Source of the DNA: Gammaproteobacteria bacterium
GTDB taxonomy: Bacteria > Pseudomonadota > Gammaproteobacteria > Pseudomonadales > Oceanobacteraceae
Assembly: GCA_013373125.1 (NCBI GenBank)
Contig: JABXIK010000075.1
Span: 11,845 to 75,844 of the forward strand
Length of the DNA: 64,000 bases
Direction: 5' to 3'
Shown here: in pieces, positions 37,235-46,848 of the stretch
Position numbering within the stretch: position 1 is the first letter of the stretch
Layout of the letters: every line of letters begins with the position of its first letter
Notes under the pieces: model-generated
What the model was told of the DNA's origin: nothing
What the model saw: only the letters and a program-made list of their open reading frames with translations
The model's database searches: none
Made by a program: the position numbers and the translations under genes

Positions 37235-37810
37235 TTACGAGTTGAATAACTGCTTGATATTAACGTCTTGTTTCTCGCTGTCACTGAATTCTAATAAATC
37301 AGCGGCTTTGAAGTTGAATTTTTTGGCAATGATCACATCAGGGAATTGCTCGATGCGCACATTATTTTGGTTTACAGCATCATTATAAAATTCACGACGA
37401 TCAGCAATGCTGTTTTCAAGTTGGCTAATGCGACTTTGTAATTGTTGGAACGAATCATTGCTGCGTAATTCCGGGTACGCCTCAGCTAGCGCGAATAATT
37501 GACCCAGACCGGCACGTAACGTGTTTTCGGCTTTACCAAGGGCTTTCATGTCTTGATCTTGTTGTGCATTGTGCACTTGGGATCTCGCTTTGATGACTTT
37601 TTCGAGGGTTTCGGTTTCAAATTTCATGTATTGCTGGCAGGTGGAAACCAATTTAGGTAGCTCGTCATGGCGCTGTTTGAGTAGTACATCGATATTAGCC
37701 CAAGCTTTGCTTACGCCATGCTTCAAATTTACGAGGCTGTTGTATATGAGAACGCCATAGACCAGAAGGGCGATAACGACGGCAAGTATGATCCATTGGT
37801 TGGTAGTCAT
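37235..37810 (-). CDS. LemA family protein
   Basis: YNSLV...WANIDVLLKQRHD, AEAYPEL and RREFYNDAV motifs. Confidence 0.95.
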   Translation of the reverse strand: MTTNQWIILAVVIALLVYGVLIYNSLVNLKHGVSKAWANIDVLLKQRHDELPKLVSTCQQYMKFETETLEKVIKARSQVHNAQQDQDMKALGKAENTLRAGLGQLFALAEAYPELRSNDSFQQLQSRISQLENSIADRREFYNDAVNQNNVRIEQFPDVIIAKKFNFKAADLLEFSDSEKQDVNIKQLFNS

Positions 37811-37902
37811 AGTTTTTATACTCCTTTAATGCAGGCTAAAGGCTACCAGAAACAGATGAAATGCCAATCAATAATACGTAGGTAAAAGGTGAAAATGTGA
37901 GA

Positions 37903-39126
37903 TTAGTGAAGCGCTTCTATTTGCCCGTCAGCTTCTAATAAAGTGTCTTTATAAAGCTCGTTCATGGTTTCAATGTCTAAGCCGTACTTAATCAGAGTGG
38001 CTTCGTTAATGTCGTTCAGTCGACCTTCTTGGAAGCATTTGGCGGTTTCTAGAGCCAACCCCAGAGAGCCTTGGTTATTCATCAGGGCTTTTACCATAGC
38101 AGGGGGTAATTTTAGGCTTTTAATGATTTCAAGAATCGGGCGGTCGATAAATGCGTCTAATAAAGAGAATAAGCCGACGGTGTAATAATCAAAAATAGAG
38201 AACTCCCCAATCTTTTCACCTAATTTTTGACACAGAATGGCTCTTTCTAAACTGGTTTGACGCAGCGCTAAGGGCTTGTCTTCAAGGGTGCCCAGTGCAA
38301 TGAGTATCACCCAGCTGCGAATGTGATTAAAACCAAGTAAAGAAATGGCTTGCTGTAATGACGTACATTTTTGTACCCGAGCAAAGGCTGCGGAATTCAC
38401 CAGCTTTAATAGCTTGTATCCCATCTGAGGGTCTTGGCTGAGTGTTTCGGTCAGTTGTGCGGCGGTCACTTCAGGGTCTTGAATTTCCTTTAATAGCTTG
38501 AGGACCACGAGTTTGTTGTCTGGTATCACCTTGCCTTCAATGTTCTGCGGTTTGCTCAAAAAATAACCTTGGAAAAACTCAAATCCCAAACCTTTGCAGA
38601 ATTCGTACATTTCATGGGTTTCAACTTTCTCGGCTAGCAACGTCATTTTGCGTGGAATGAAGACCTTCGCAAAACGCTCAATTTGCTGTTTGGATAGGCT
38701 AAGCACATCAATTTTTACTATGTCCACCAAGTGTAAAAGCGGGGCACTGTTGTGATTTAAAATGAAATCATCCAAGGCCAGTTTGGCACCTTGAGACTTG
38801 GCATAGTTAAGCGCCTTTATTAGGGCGTCATCTACTTCAATGTCCTCAAGAATTTCAATGACAAATTGCTTAGGATCGAAGGGCGGTAATTCTAATATAA
38901 GCTTTTTGGTGAAATTGATATAAGCAGGGTGCTGACCACAGATACTCTCTAAACCAGCTTCTCCAAAGGCGTTCAGGATCACCTGGCTGGTGGCTTTGTC
39001 ACCACAGGTAAAATCGGCCCCTTCACTGTGTGTGTGGCTTCTAAAAAGTAACTCGTAGGCGGCTATTTCTAATTCTGTGTTGTAGATTGGCTGCCTTGCG
39101 AGTAATACATGACTTTCTTGGCCCAT
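37903..39126 (-). CDS. EAL-HDOD domain protein (YuxH/CdgJ-like)
   Basis: ARQPI...YELLFR, LALDDF, LAEKVET and FQGYF, followed by HDOD (DPQMGYKLLKLVNS...GLFSLLD). Confidence 0.92.
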   Translation of the reverse strand: MGQESHVLLARQPIYNTELEIAAYELLFRSHTHSEGADFTCGDKATSQVILNAFGEAGLESICGQHPAYINFTKKLILELPPFDPKQFVIEILEDIEVDDALIKALNYAKSQGAKLALDDFILNHNSAPLLHLVDIVKIDVLSLSKQQIERFAKVFIPRKMTLLAEKVETHEMYEFCKGLGFEFFQGYFLSKPQNIEGKVIPDNKLVVLKLLKEIQDPEVTAAQLTETLSQDPQMGYKLLKLVNSAAFARVQKCTSLQQAISLLGFNHIRSWVILIALGTLEDKPLALRQTSLERAILCQKLGEKIGEFSIFDYYTVGLFSLLDAFIDRPILEIIKSLKLPPAMVKALMNNQGSLGLALETAKCFQEGRLNDINEATLIKYGLDIETMNELYKDTLLEADGQIEALH

Positions 39127-39229
39127 GAGTATCCTGATTGTGCTCTCTACTTATAGAGCTTAGTAGAAAGTGGGCAAAGCTGTACCTTGGGCTACACTAA
39201 ATAATAGAGTGTTTACAGGGTGTAACGAT

Positions 39230-40162
39230 ATGTCAGGTGTGTTGTCTAACGTGGACTCGCGGACCAAGCTGGTAGGGCAAAACCGGCTGGAATTGCTGTT
39301 ATTTAATTTTGGCCGGGGTCAGTCATACGCCATCAACGTCTTCAAGATTCAAGAAGTACTGCGCATGACCCATCTTACGAATATTCCAGATTCACACCCT
39401 GTTGTTAGAGGGGTTACCCATCTACGTGGGCATACCTTACCTGTGGTTGATCTAAGCCATGCCATTGGCATGCGCCCTATAGAAATGAATGAAGATACCA
39501 CTATGATCGTGACGGAATACAACCGTACGGTGCAGGCCTTCTTGGTGGATGGGGTGGAACGCATCGTGAATATGAACTGGGAAGAAATCATGCCGCCGCC
39601 AAAAGGTACTGGGCGCTCCCATTATCTTACTGCTATCACTAAAGTGGACGGCAAGATCGTTGAAATCATCGATGTAGAGAAGGTACTAGCCGAGATTGTT
39701 CCTTATCAAACTTCCGTCAGTGCAGAGGTGGTTGACTTAGATGTCATGACCCGTGCAGCGCAATCAGGCTTGAAAGTGTTGGCAGTGGATGATTCACCGA
39801 TTGCCCGTTCACAGGTGAAAGAAACGCTAAACAGTATTGGTATCGAAGTGATTCAAGCCTGTGATGGTTTAGAGGGCTTACACATTCTCAAGAAATTGGC
39901 ATCTGAGGGGCCCATTAATAGTCAGCTGTTAATGGTGATCACCGATGCAGAAATGCCCTCAATGGATGGGTATATGCTAACCACTGAGATTCGACAAGAT
40001 GCCAATCTTAAAGATTTGTATGTGGTATTGCACACCTCACTCAGTGGTAGTTTTAACGAAGCCATGGTGGAGAAGGTGGGCTGTAATGCATTCTTATCCA
40101 AGTTTCAGCCTGATGGTTTAGCACAAGCGGTTGAAGTGCGAGCGAAACAATTATTTGGCTAA
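39230..40162 (+). CDS. cheV: Chemotaxis coupling protein CheV
   Basis: CheW domain (NRLELLLF...INVFKIQEV) fused to a receiver domain (VDDS, TDAEMP, KF); start moved to ATG 39230. Confidence 0.96.
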   Translation: MSGVLSNVDSRTKLVGQNRLELLLFNFGRGQSYAINVFKIQEVLRMTHLTNIPDSHPVVRGVTHLRGHTLPVVDLSHAIGMRPIEMNEDTTMIVTEYNRTVQAFLVDGVERIVNMNWEEIMPPPKGTGRSHYLTAITKVDGKIVEIIDVEKVLAEIVPYQTSVSAEVVDLDVMTRAAQSGLKVLAVDDSPIARSQVKETLNSIGIEVIQACDGLEGLHILKKLASEGPINSQLLMVITDAEMPSMDGYMLTTEIRQDANLKDLYVVLHTSLSGSFNEAMVEKVGCNAFLSKFQPDGLAQAVEVRAKQLFG

Positions 40163-40187
40163 AAGTGAGTTAAATAGCAGTAAATTT

Positions 40188-40215
40188 AAAATAGGGCTTT
40201 AAGCTCTATTTTTTT
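40188..40215 (+). terminator. Probable terminator after cheV
   Basis: AAAATAGGGCTT/AAGCTCTATTTTTTT hairpin followed by a T tract. Confidence 0.5.
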
Positions 40216-40248
40216 GCGTATAATTTGCGGCAACTAAGGAGAGCCGCC

Positions 40249-41043
40249 ATGTATATTAGCCAGTTGTATCAGTATCCCGTTAAATCATTAAAAGGCAGGG
40301 AAATGTCGTCAATGGAGATTGATGATTTTGGCCCTAAGTGGGATCGCCGTTGGATGCTGGTGGATGAAAAAGGCCGCTTTGTTACGCAAAGACAGTGTCC
40401 AAAGATGGGACAAGTGGGCGTAACGGTTTTATTGGATAAAGTGGTATTTGATTTTCAACAAGAAACCCAATCTCTATCTTTGGATCAAGCCCAAGGAAGT
40501 ACGACTCAGAAATTGGTGAATGTTTGGGATGATGCTGTTTTAGGTAATCCTGTGGAGCATGAAGTTAACCAGTGGCTGAGTGACAAGTTGCAGCGACACG
40601 TTCAGTTGATTTTTATGCCGCAGGCGACATTGCGTCAAGTGGATACAGAATTTGCACAACAAGGCGATCGTGTGAGCTTTGCTGATGGCTTTCCTTTTTT
40701 GATTCTTAGTGAGGCCTCTATTGAATTTATGTCCGAAAAAGTAGGGTTTGAATTATCCCCATTACGATTTAGGCCCAATATTTTGGTGTCAGGATGTGAA
40801 GCTTTTGCGGAAGATGCTTGGAAGCGGATTGCGATTGGTGACATTGAATTTGAAATAGTGAAACCTTGCTCTCGATGTGTGATTCCTACATTGGATTTAG
40901 CCACCAGTGAAAAGCAACCAGAAGTTATGAAGGCGTTATTGGCTCATCGCAAGCAAGGTAAGCACGTAATGATGGGGCAAAACGCAATTCATAGACAATT
41001 AGGGGACATAACGGTTGGTCAAGAGGTTAAGGTGTTGGCTTAG
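40249..41043 (+). CDS. MOSC domain protein (YcbX-like, molybdenum cofactor)
   Basis: YPVKSL, DRRWML, FADGFP, RFRPN and KPCSRC motifs. Confidence 0.93.
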   Translation: MYISQLYQYPVKSLKGREMSSMEIDDFGPKWDRRWMLVDEKGRFVTQRQCPKMGQVGVTVLLDKVVFDFQQETQSLSLDQAQGSTTQKLVNVWDDAVLGNPVEHEVNQWLSDKLQRHVQLIFMPQATLRQVDTEFAQQGDRVSFADGFPFLILSEASIEFMSEKVGFELSPLRFRPNILVSGCEAFAEDAWKRIAIGDIEFEIVKPCSRCVIPTLDLATSEKQPEVMKALLAHRKQGKHVMMGQNAIHRQLGDITVGQEVKVLA

Positions 41044-41046
41044 CAC

Positions 41047-41646
41047 CTAAAATAATTCAACTTCATCGCCACTTTGCTGATCTTTGCCCTTGTCCTGTTG
41101 GTCAAAGTGGTGACGATAAATATCCAGTGCTTCCTCGATGCTGTGACCACGCAGTATATGTTCGAACATGATGCGCTCGGCATCCATGGTGTAAGAACCT
41201 TTGATTTTATCTTGTAATTGTTTCCATGATTCTGGGTTGTATAGAGCGTCTTTTTTGCTGATTAAAGCACCTAGCTGATCCAGTGAGTGGCAGACGTGAT
41301 CTAAGCGTTGACTGATGCGATCATAGAATTGAAAGGCAATGACGGCGTTTTGCACGTTATCTTGAAGATTGCCAGTGGTTTCATCAATGACCGATTTGTA
41401 ACGATCAAGATTATCCGGGGTTACTTTGTGGGTGAGGTTGCGAATGCGTGAAAGATATTCTGCCATTTCAGTGAACGAGGCAGATAGTGCGCCGACACTT
41501 TGCTCACCATCTTTCATGGAGGATTCCACTTGCGCAACTGCCAAAGCCAGCATGGTGATGGTTTCTTTAATTTGGCTCCAATCTAAATCTGGATTGTGGA
41601 CGCTAGAGCCATGTTGACTGATATCGTAACGTTTACCGGATTTCAC
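41047..41646 (-). CDS. Chemotaxis-associated helical protein, CheZ-like
   Basis: FQFYDRISQRL (DxxxQ) motif and C-terminal EVELF. Confidence 0.5.
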   Translation of the reverse strand: MKSGKRYDISQHGSSVHNPDLDWSQIKETITMLALAVAQVESSMKDGEQSVGALSASFTEMAEYLSRIRNLTHKVTPDNLDRYKSVIDETTGNLQDNVQNAVIAFQFYDRISQRLDHVCHSLDQLGALISKKDALYNPESWKQLQDKIKGSYTMDAERIMFEHILRGHSIEEALDIYRHHFDQQDKGKDQQSGDEVELF

Positions 41647-41681
41647 GCTAGTTGTCCCTTTATCTGCTAATTAAAGAATAG

Positions 41682-43637
41682 TTAACCTTTGTCGTTTTGC
41701 TTCATATTTGCATCAGAGATTTTAAGCTCTTCCGGTTGTAATTGTGCCCATGCACTAATGGTTGAGTCATCCAGTATGGGCTGAAGGTATCCAAGGCGAT
41801 AGGAGTAAATCGTGCTGTAGGTTAAAACCCTTTGTACATATTCCTTAGTTTCATTAAAAGGAATTTGTTCAATCCAAATATCTAGGGGGCCGGTGTTTTT
41901 CTTAAGCCAACGTTTCACATTACCAGGCCCTGCATTGTAGGCGGCGGTGGCTAAAATACGATTGCCGTCAAAGCGTTTTAATAAGGAATGTAAATAGTGA
42001 CTGCCAAGCTGAATGTTGTAGCTTGGATCGGTTAAACGCTTAGATGAATAAGCAACCCTCATACGACGAGAGATGGTACGTGCCGTACTGGGCATGAGTT
42101 GCATTAATCCAGTAGCTCCCACTGGGCTGCGCGCGTCTTGCATGAATGCACTTTCTTGACGAGCAATACCGTATATCCAGTTTTTATTAATATTATTTTT
42201 CTTAGCCGCTAGGTCAAATAAATGGTCGTGAGCCAATGGGAAACGTAATTGCAGGTCATGCCAGCTCTTGATTTGTGCGAGGCTCATAATGGCGCGATCA
42301 GGCCATTCCAATCGGGCTGCTAAAATTGCTAACGCTTGTTTACCATCTACATTTTGTTGATCGAAGACAGCTTGAAATTCACGACGAGCGGGCACAATGC
42401 GACCAAGATCAAATAAGGCTAAGGCGCGTTTGATGCCGGGTTCTAGTTTAATTCTTTGCATAATAGAAGCGGGCACATGGGTTGGCGCATGATTCATGCT
42501 AGCGCTCACCCCCAGTTTTTGACTGGCCATAAACCCGTAATAATCACGGTGTAGCGCGGCCGTTTCATAAAATGGTCGACTTTGTTTTAAGGAAGCGCCT
42601 AATGAGGACAGGGCTCGTCCTTGCCAATATTGCCACTTAGGCTCTTGTTTAAACGGTTCATCGGTTAATTTAAATAAATGCGTATAAAGTGGCCAGTTTT
42701 GTGATGTGATGGCACCTTGAAGAAAATCTTGTTGTAACTCTTCTGATAGTAATCGGTTGGATTGAGCGATTTCATACCACTCATAAATGTTGCTAGGTGA
42801 TTGTAGGGCACTGGCATGTAATGCAGTTTTTCTTAATGCTTGCTTTTGCTCTTGGTCTAACCCATTAAATACTTTGTGGTTGGCATAGCTAAGCAAAAAT
42901 TCAGGGTGTTTTTTTAGTACTTTATTAAGCACCATGAAACGTACTTGTGGGGTTTGTTCTAAAGCATTTTTTTGCGTGAAAATCATATTTGGATGACGCC
43001 AAAAATATTCCACGACCTTGGCTTTTGCTAAATAGCTACTATCCATTCTGCGCTTTAAATAACGTACTAATTTATGCTGACGCTTGGGTAGGGCGTTAAT
43101 CATACGCTGGTAAATCAAATCTTGGCTTAAGTAACCATAGCGTTTCCAACCTGCAAATAATTTGTCGCAGGCTTTTGGTAGGGATACGCCCATCAACCAG
43201 ATCTCTTGGCCTTCGCGAATGGCATCGAATTGCTTTTTAGTCTGCTCTAATGCTTTAACCCGCTGGCATTGCAGCGATAAATTTGATGTAGGTTGATAGT
43301 AAGAAAGAAATAAATTCCATTCTTGGCGTCGAGCGAGATAAGACAGCCAGCGTTTTCGCAATTGAATGGCTGGAGGTTGCTCTGCATATTCTTTAAAAAA
43401 TTGATCAATTTCAGTGATGGGTTTCTTATGAAATTGAGTTTGTAGCCATCTGGTTTCTAAGTAGGGGGCAAGAGGGTGGTTGTGTAGCTTCTCAAAGGCT
43501 AGTTTGAATTGGCCATATTGGCGTTTCTGTAGAAATTTCTCTGCTTTTAAGAAATCATCTTGGCCTGGGGTCATAGCCAAAGCGCTGGAAGATAGCACCA
43601 CCAGCCAACATCCAATTGTCTTTACCCAATTCCCCAT
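41682..43637 (-). CDS. slt: Soluble lytic murein transglycosylase (Slt70-like)
   Basis: IARQESAF, GATGLMQLMP, AAYNAGPG and ETKEYV motifs; signal peptide from ATG 43637. Confidence 0.93.
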   Translation of the reverse strand: MGNWVKTIGCWLVVLSSSALAMTPGQDDFLKAEKFLQKRQYGQFKLAFEKLHNHPLAPYLETRWLQTQFHKKPITEIDQFFKEYAEQPPAIQLRKRWLSYLARRQEWNLFLSYYQPTSNLSLQCQRVKALEQTKKQFDAIREGQEIWLMGVSLPKACDKLFAGWKRYGYLSQDLIYQRMINALPKRQHKLVRYLKRRMDSSYLAKAKVVEYFWRHPNMIFTQKNALEQTPQVRFMVLNKVLKKHPEFLLSYANHKVFNGLDQEQKQALRKTALHASALQSPSNIYEWYEIAQSNRLLSEELQQDFLQGAITSQNWPLYTHLFKLTDEPFKQEPKWQYWQGRALSSLGASLKQSRPFYETAALHRDYYGFMASQKLGVSASMNHAPTHVPASIMQRIKLEPGIKRALALFDLGRIVPARREFQAVFDQQNVDGKQALAILAARLEWPDRAIMSLAQIKSWHDLQLRFPLAHDHLFDLAAKKNNINKNWIYGIARQESAFMQDARSPVGATGLMQLMPSTARTISRRMRVAYSSKRLTDPSYNIQLGSHYLHSLLKRFDGNRILATAAYNAGPGNVKRWLKKNTGPLDIWIEQIPFNETKEYVQRVLTYSTIYSYRLGYLQPILDDSTISAWAQLQPEELKISDANMKQNDKG

Positions 43638-43708
43638 ATGAATCTCCCCTTTACTCAATTTCAGCATAGCTGAAATTTGAAAGAGGAGATGCGTTTTAGG
43701 TCTCTATT

Positions 43709-46700
43709 TTATATAGCGTTTTGTGCTAACAGAGCTTCTTTCCTTTTGAGTTTCTTTTGGTCATTAAGTACCAAAAGGCAAGGCGTGAGCATTAATGTGA
43801 GCACGGTAGCAAAGCTTAAGCCGCCCGCAATGGCGGTTGATAGTTGAGTCCACCATTGTGAACTGGGTGCGTCTACCAGTATTTCGCGACCAATTAGGTC
43901 AATGTTTAGCTGATACACCATAGGGATTAGGCCGCAAACCGTGGTGATGGTCGTCAGCAATACTGGGCGTAAACGTTGTGCACCGGTTCTCAGTGCCGCA
44001 TCGACAGGATCTAGGCCTTCTTTCTTTAATCGAGCGTAGGTGTCGATCAGAACAATGTTGTTGTTCACCACTATGCCGGCAAGGGCGATCATACCTACAC
44101 CACTCATTACGATGCCAAACGGCTCGCCACGAATCATTAGACCCATGTAGACACCCGCAAACGATAAAACGATGGCGCTCAAAACCAAGCCTGCGCGATA
44201 GATGCTGTTGAATTGCGTAACCAGAATGACCACCATCATAAAAATGGCAAAGAAGAAGGCTTGAATAAGGAAAACACCTGTTTCAATTTGATCTTCTGCG
44301 TCCCCTTTAAAGCGATAACTGACGCCCATGGGTAATTCAGCCTCTTTTAGAGCGGCTTCAATTTTTAGGCGTTTTTCATTGGCATTCACGCCATCGATCA
44401 CATCGGCTTCAACCATGTAGCGGATATTATTACCGGTACGAATGAGGTTGCCACTTTGTTGCTTGGCTACTTTTTCGGTGAAGCTGCTGATAGGGACGAG
44501 TTCACCTTGGGTTGATACGCGTAATTCGTCTAGCTGATCCAGATTACGACTGGTACTTGGTAGCCTTAAACGGATATCCACTTCATCATCCGCATCATCA
44601 GGGCGGTAAGCACCCAGGTTAAGCCCAGATGTCACCATTTTTACCAAGCTGCCGACGCTTGCGATGCTGGCCCCCATACGGCTGGCGGCTTCGCGATCCA
44701 CGTCTAATTCCCATTCGATACCCTCTAATGGGCGACTGTCTTTGATGTCGCGCAGCTCCGGGTCTTTTTCAAATTGCTTGCGAATTTTTTCAACTACCGC
44801 GAGAAGAACAGGATCATATGAACCAGAAAACTCTAGTTGTATGGCCGCGCCGCCGGCAGGGCCATCTTCTTTCTTTTTGGTTTCAATGATGACACCAGGA
44901 ATATCCTGAGTACGAAGGCGAATGTCTTCCAAAATATCTTTAGCTAATCGGCGCTCTTGCCAATCTTCAAGTTCAAGCTGAACACGACCAACCAAATCTA
45001 CCGCGCTGCTGCCATCATTCGGTGGGGTTATAAATGTGCTAGTGTAAAGCGTTTTGATTTCGGCCATGTCATAAACCCGTTTCTCAACGTTTTTAACCAG
45101 CAGGTCTCGCTCCTCTAGCGATAAATTACCTCGGGCACGAACATCAATCACCGCGATTTCAGCATCCACATCAGGGAAAAATTCCACGCCTTTACCTAAA
45201 AACGAATAGGTAAAGATCGTAACAACCATAATACCAATAATGCTCCATAAGGTTTTACGTGGGTGTTGCACTAGCACACTTAAAATGTGGACATATTTAC
45301 CGGTAAATCCATCCAAATCTTTTAAATCACCGGTTTCAGACGCTTCCATGGATTTTAAAGATTTATCGGTAATGGCGCCCGGTTTTCCTAACCATGCGCC
45401 GAGGGCTGGAATGACGATCAAGGCCATGATTAAAGATGCACTGAGTGTTATTAGAATCGTAATGGGGATGTATTTCATAAATTCCCCCATGATGCCTGGC
45501 CAGAAAATAAGCGGTAAAAATACGGCCAGTGTAGTGGCAGTGGAGGCAGTAATAGGCCAAGCCATGCGTTTAGCAGCTTCGCGGAAAGCATGAAATTTAG
45601 GTGTGCCTTCTGCCATGCGGCGATCGGCATATTCGGTCACTACTATGGCGCCATCCACTAACATGCCCACACTTAAAATCAACGCAAACAGCACCACCAT
45701 ATTTAAGGTGTAACCCATCAGGCTAAGTACGAGAATGCCCATGAGAAATGAGCCTGGAATGGCTAAGCCTACAAGTAAAGAAGAACGTCCGCCTAAAAAG
45801 GCTACGATGATGATCATCACTAAAACAGTGGCGAATAACACATTGTTAAATAAGTCATCGAGAGTGCGTTTAATTTCTTTAGACTGATCTTGATTGAAGC
45901 TCACTTCAATGCCATCTGGCCAGTTGGCTTGTTCTTCTTTTACAACGCGTTTTACTTCATCTAATGTCTCGATGATATTGGCGCCTAAACGTTTGGAGAC
46001 TTCGACAGCCAGAGCAGGCTTGCCATTAATGCGTGCTTTGCTTTGAGGATCTTTATAAGTGCGTTGACCAATGGCAATGTCTGAAAAGCGAACCACTTTT
46101 TCTCCTACCACTTTAATCGGCATGGATAAAATGTCTTGTGTGCTTTCAATTAAACCCGGTAATTTAACTGCAAATCGACCAGCGCCTGTATCTAGATTGC
46201 CAGCAGCAACTAATTGATTGTTGTTATTGATTAAATTAAAAAGAGTCGCTTGATCGATGTTGTAACTGTCTAGCTTGGCAGGATCAATGATGATTTCCGC
46301 AACTTCTTCACGATCTCCTTGAATTTTTGCTTCGAGTACACCAGTTAACGCTTCCAGTTTGTCACGTAAATCTTTGGCGATGGCAAATAATACGCGCTCA
46401 TCCACATTACCAGCTAAACCCACCACCATAACTGGAAAAAGCGATAAGTTGATTTCCATGACTTTCGGTTCGTCTGTGGTTTGTGGTAATTCGCCTTTTG
46501 CAGCGTCCACGGCTTCACGAACATCCACTAAGGCTTCGTCGATATCGACATCGCTGTAAAATTCTAACTGAATGGAAAGATGACCTTCCGTAGCGGTGGA
46601 TACGATTTCTTTTAAACCATCCAGTGATTTCAACTCTTTGTACATAGGTTGATATAAAAGCCGGTCAGCGTCTTCTGGACTGATACCTTCATGGTTGATG

Positions 46701-46846
46701 GAAACATAAACATTAGGTATTTGAACGTCAGGAAAGCTTTCTTTAGGTATCGTAATAAACGAAATAGTGCCCACAATCATTGCAAGGCTGAATAACAAGA
46801 CAACCGTTCGGATGCGACTCAGTGCAGCGTTAATCAATGCATTCAT
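43709..46846 (-). CDS. RND efflux transporter permease subunit (AcrB/AcrD/AcrF family)
   Basis: 1045 aa; GMLVDGAIVV, GIVVNNNIVL and RLRPVLLT motifs. Confidence 0.95.
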   Translation of the reverse strand: MNALINAALSRIRTVVLLFSLAMIVGTISFITIPKESFPDVQIPNVYVSINHEGISPEDADRLLYQPMYKELKSLDGLKEIVSTATEGHLSIQLEFYSDVDIDEALVDVREAVDAAKGELPQTTDEPKVMEINLSLFPVMVVGLAGNVDERVLFAIAKDLRDKLEALTGVLEAKIQGDREEVAEIIIDPAKLDSYNIDQATLFNLINNNNQLVAAGNLDTGAGRFAVKLPGLIESTQDILSMPIKVVGEKVVRFSDIAIGQRTYKDPQSKARINGKPALAVEVSKRLGANIIETLDEVKRVVKEEQANWPDGIEVSFNQDQSKEIKRTLDDLFNNVLFATVLVMIIIVAFLGGRSSLLVGLAIPGSFLMGILVLSLMGYTLNMVVLFALILSVGMLVDGAIVVTEYADRRMAEGTPKFHAFREAAKRMAWPITASTATTLAVFLPLIFWPGIMGEFMKYIPITILITLSASLIMALIVIPALGAWLGKPGAITDKSLKSMEASETGDLKDLDGFTGKYVHILSVLVQHPRKTLWSIIGIMVVTIFTYSFLGKGVEFFPDVDAEIAVIDVRARGNLSLEERDLLVKNVEKRVYDMAEIKTLYTSTFITPPNDGSSAVDLVGRVQLELEDWQERRLAKDILEDIRLRTQDIPGVIIETKKKEDGPAGGAAIQLEFSGSYDPVLLAVVEKIRKQFEKDPELRDIKDSRPLEGIEWELDVDREAASRMGASIASVGSLVKMVTSGLNLGAYRPDDADDEVDIRLRLPSTSRNLDQLDELRVSTQGELVPISSFTEKVAKQQSGNLIRTGNNIRYMVEADVIDGVNANEKRLKIEAALKEAELPMGVSYRFKGDAEDQIETGVFLIQAFFFAIFMMVVILVTQFNSIYRAGLVLSAIVLSFAGVYMGLMIRGEPFGIVMSGVGMIALAGIVVNNNIVLIDTYARLKKEGLDPVDAALRTGAQRLRPVLLTTITTVCGLIPMVYQLNIDLIGREILVDAPSSQWWTQLSTAIAGGLSFATVLTLMLTPCLLVLNDQKKLKRKEALLAQNAI

Positions 46847-46848
46847 GA

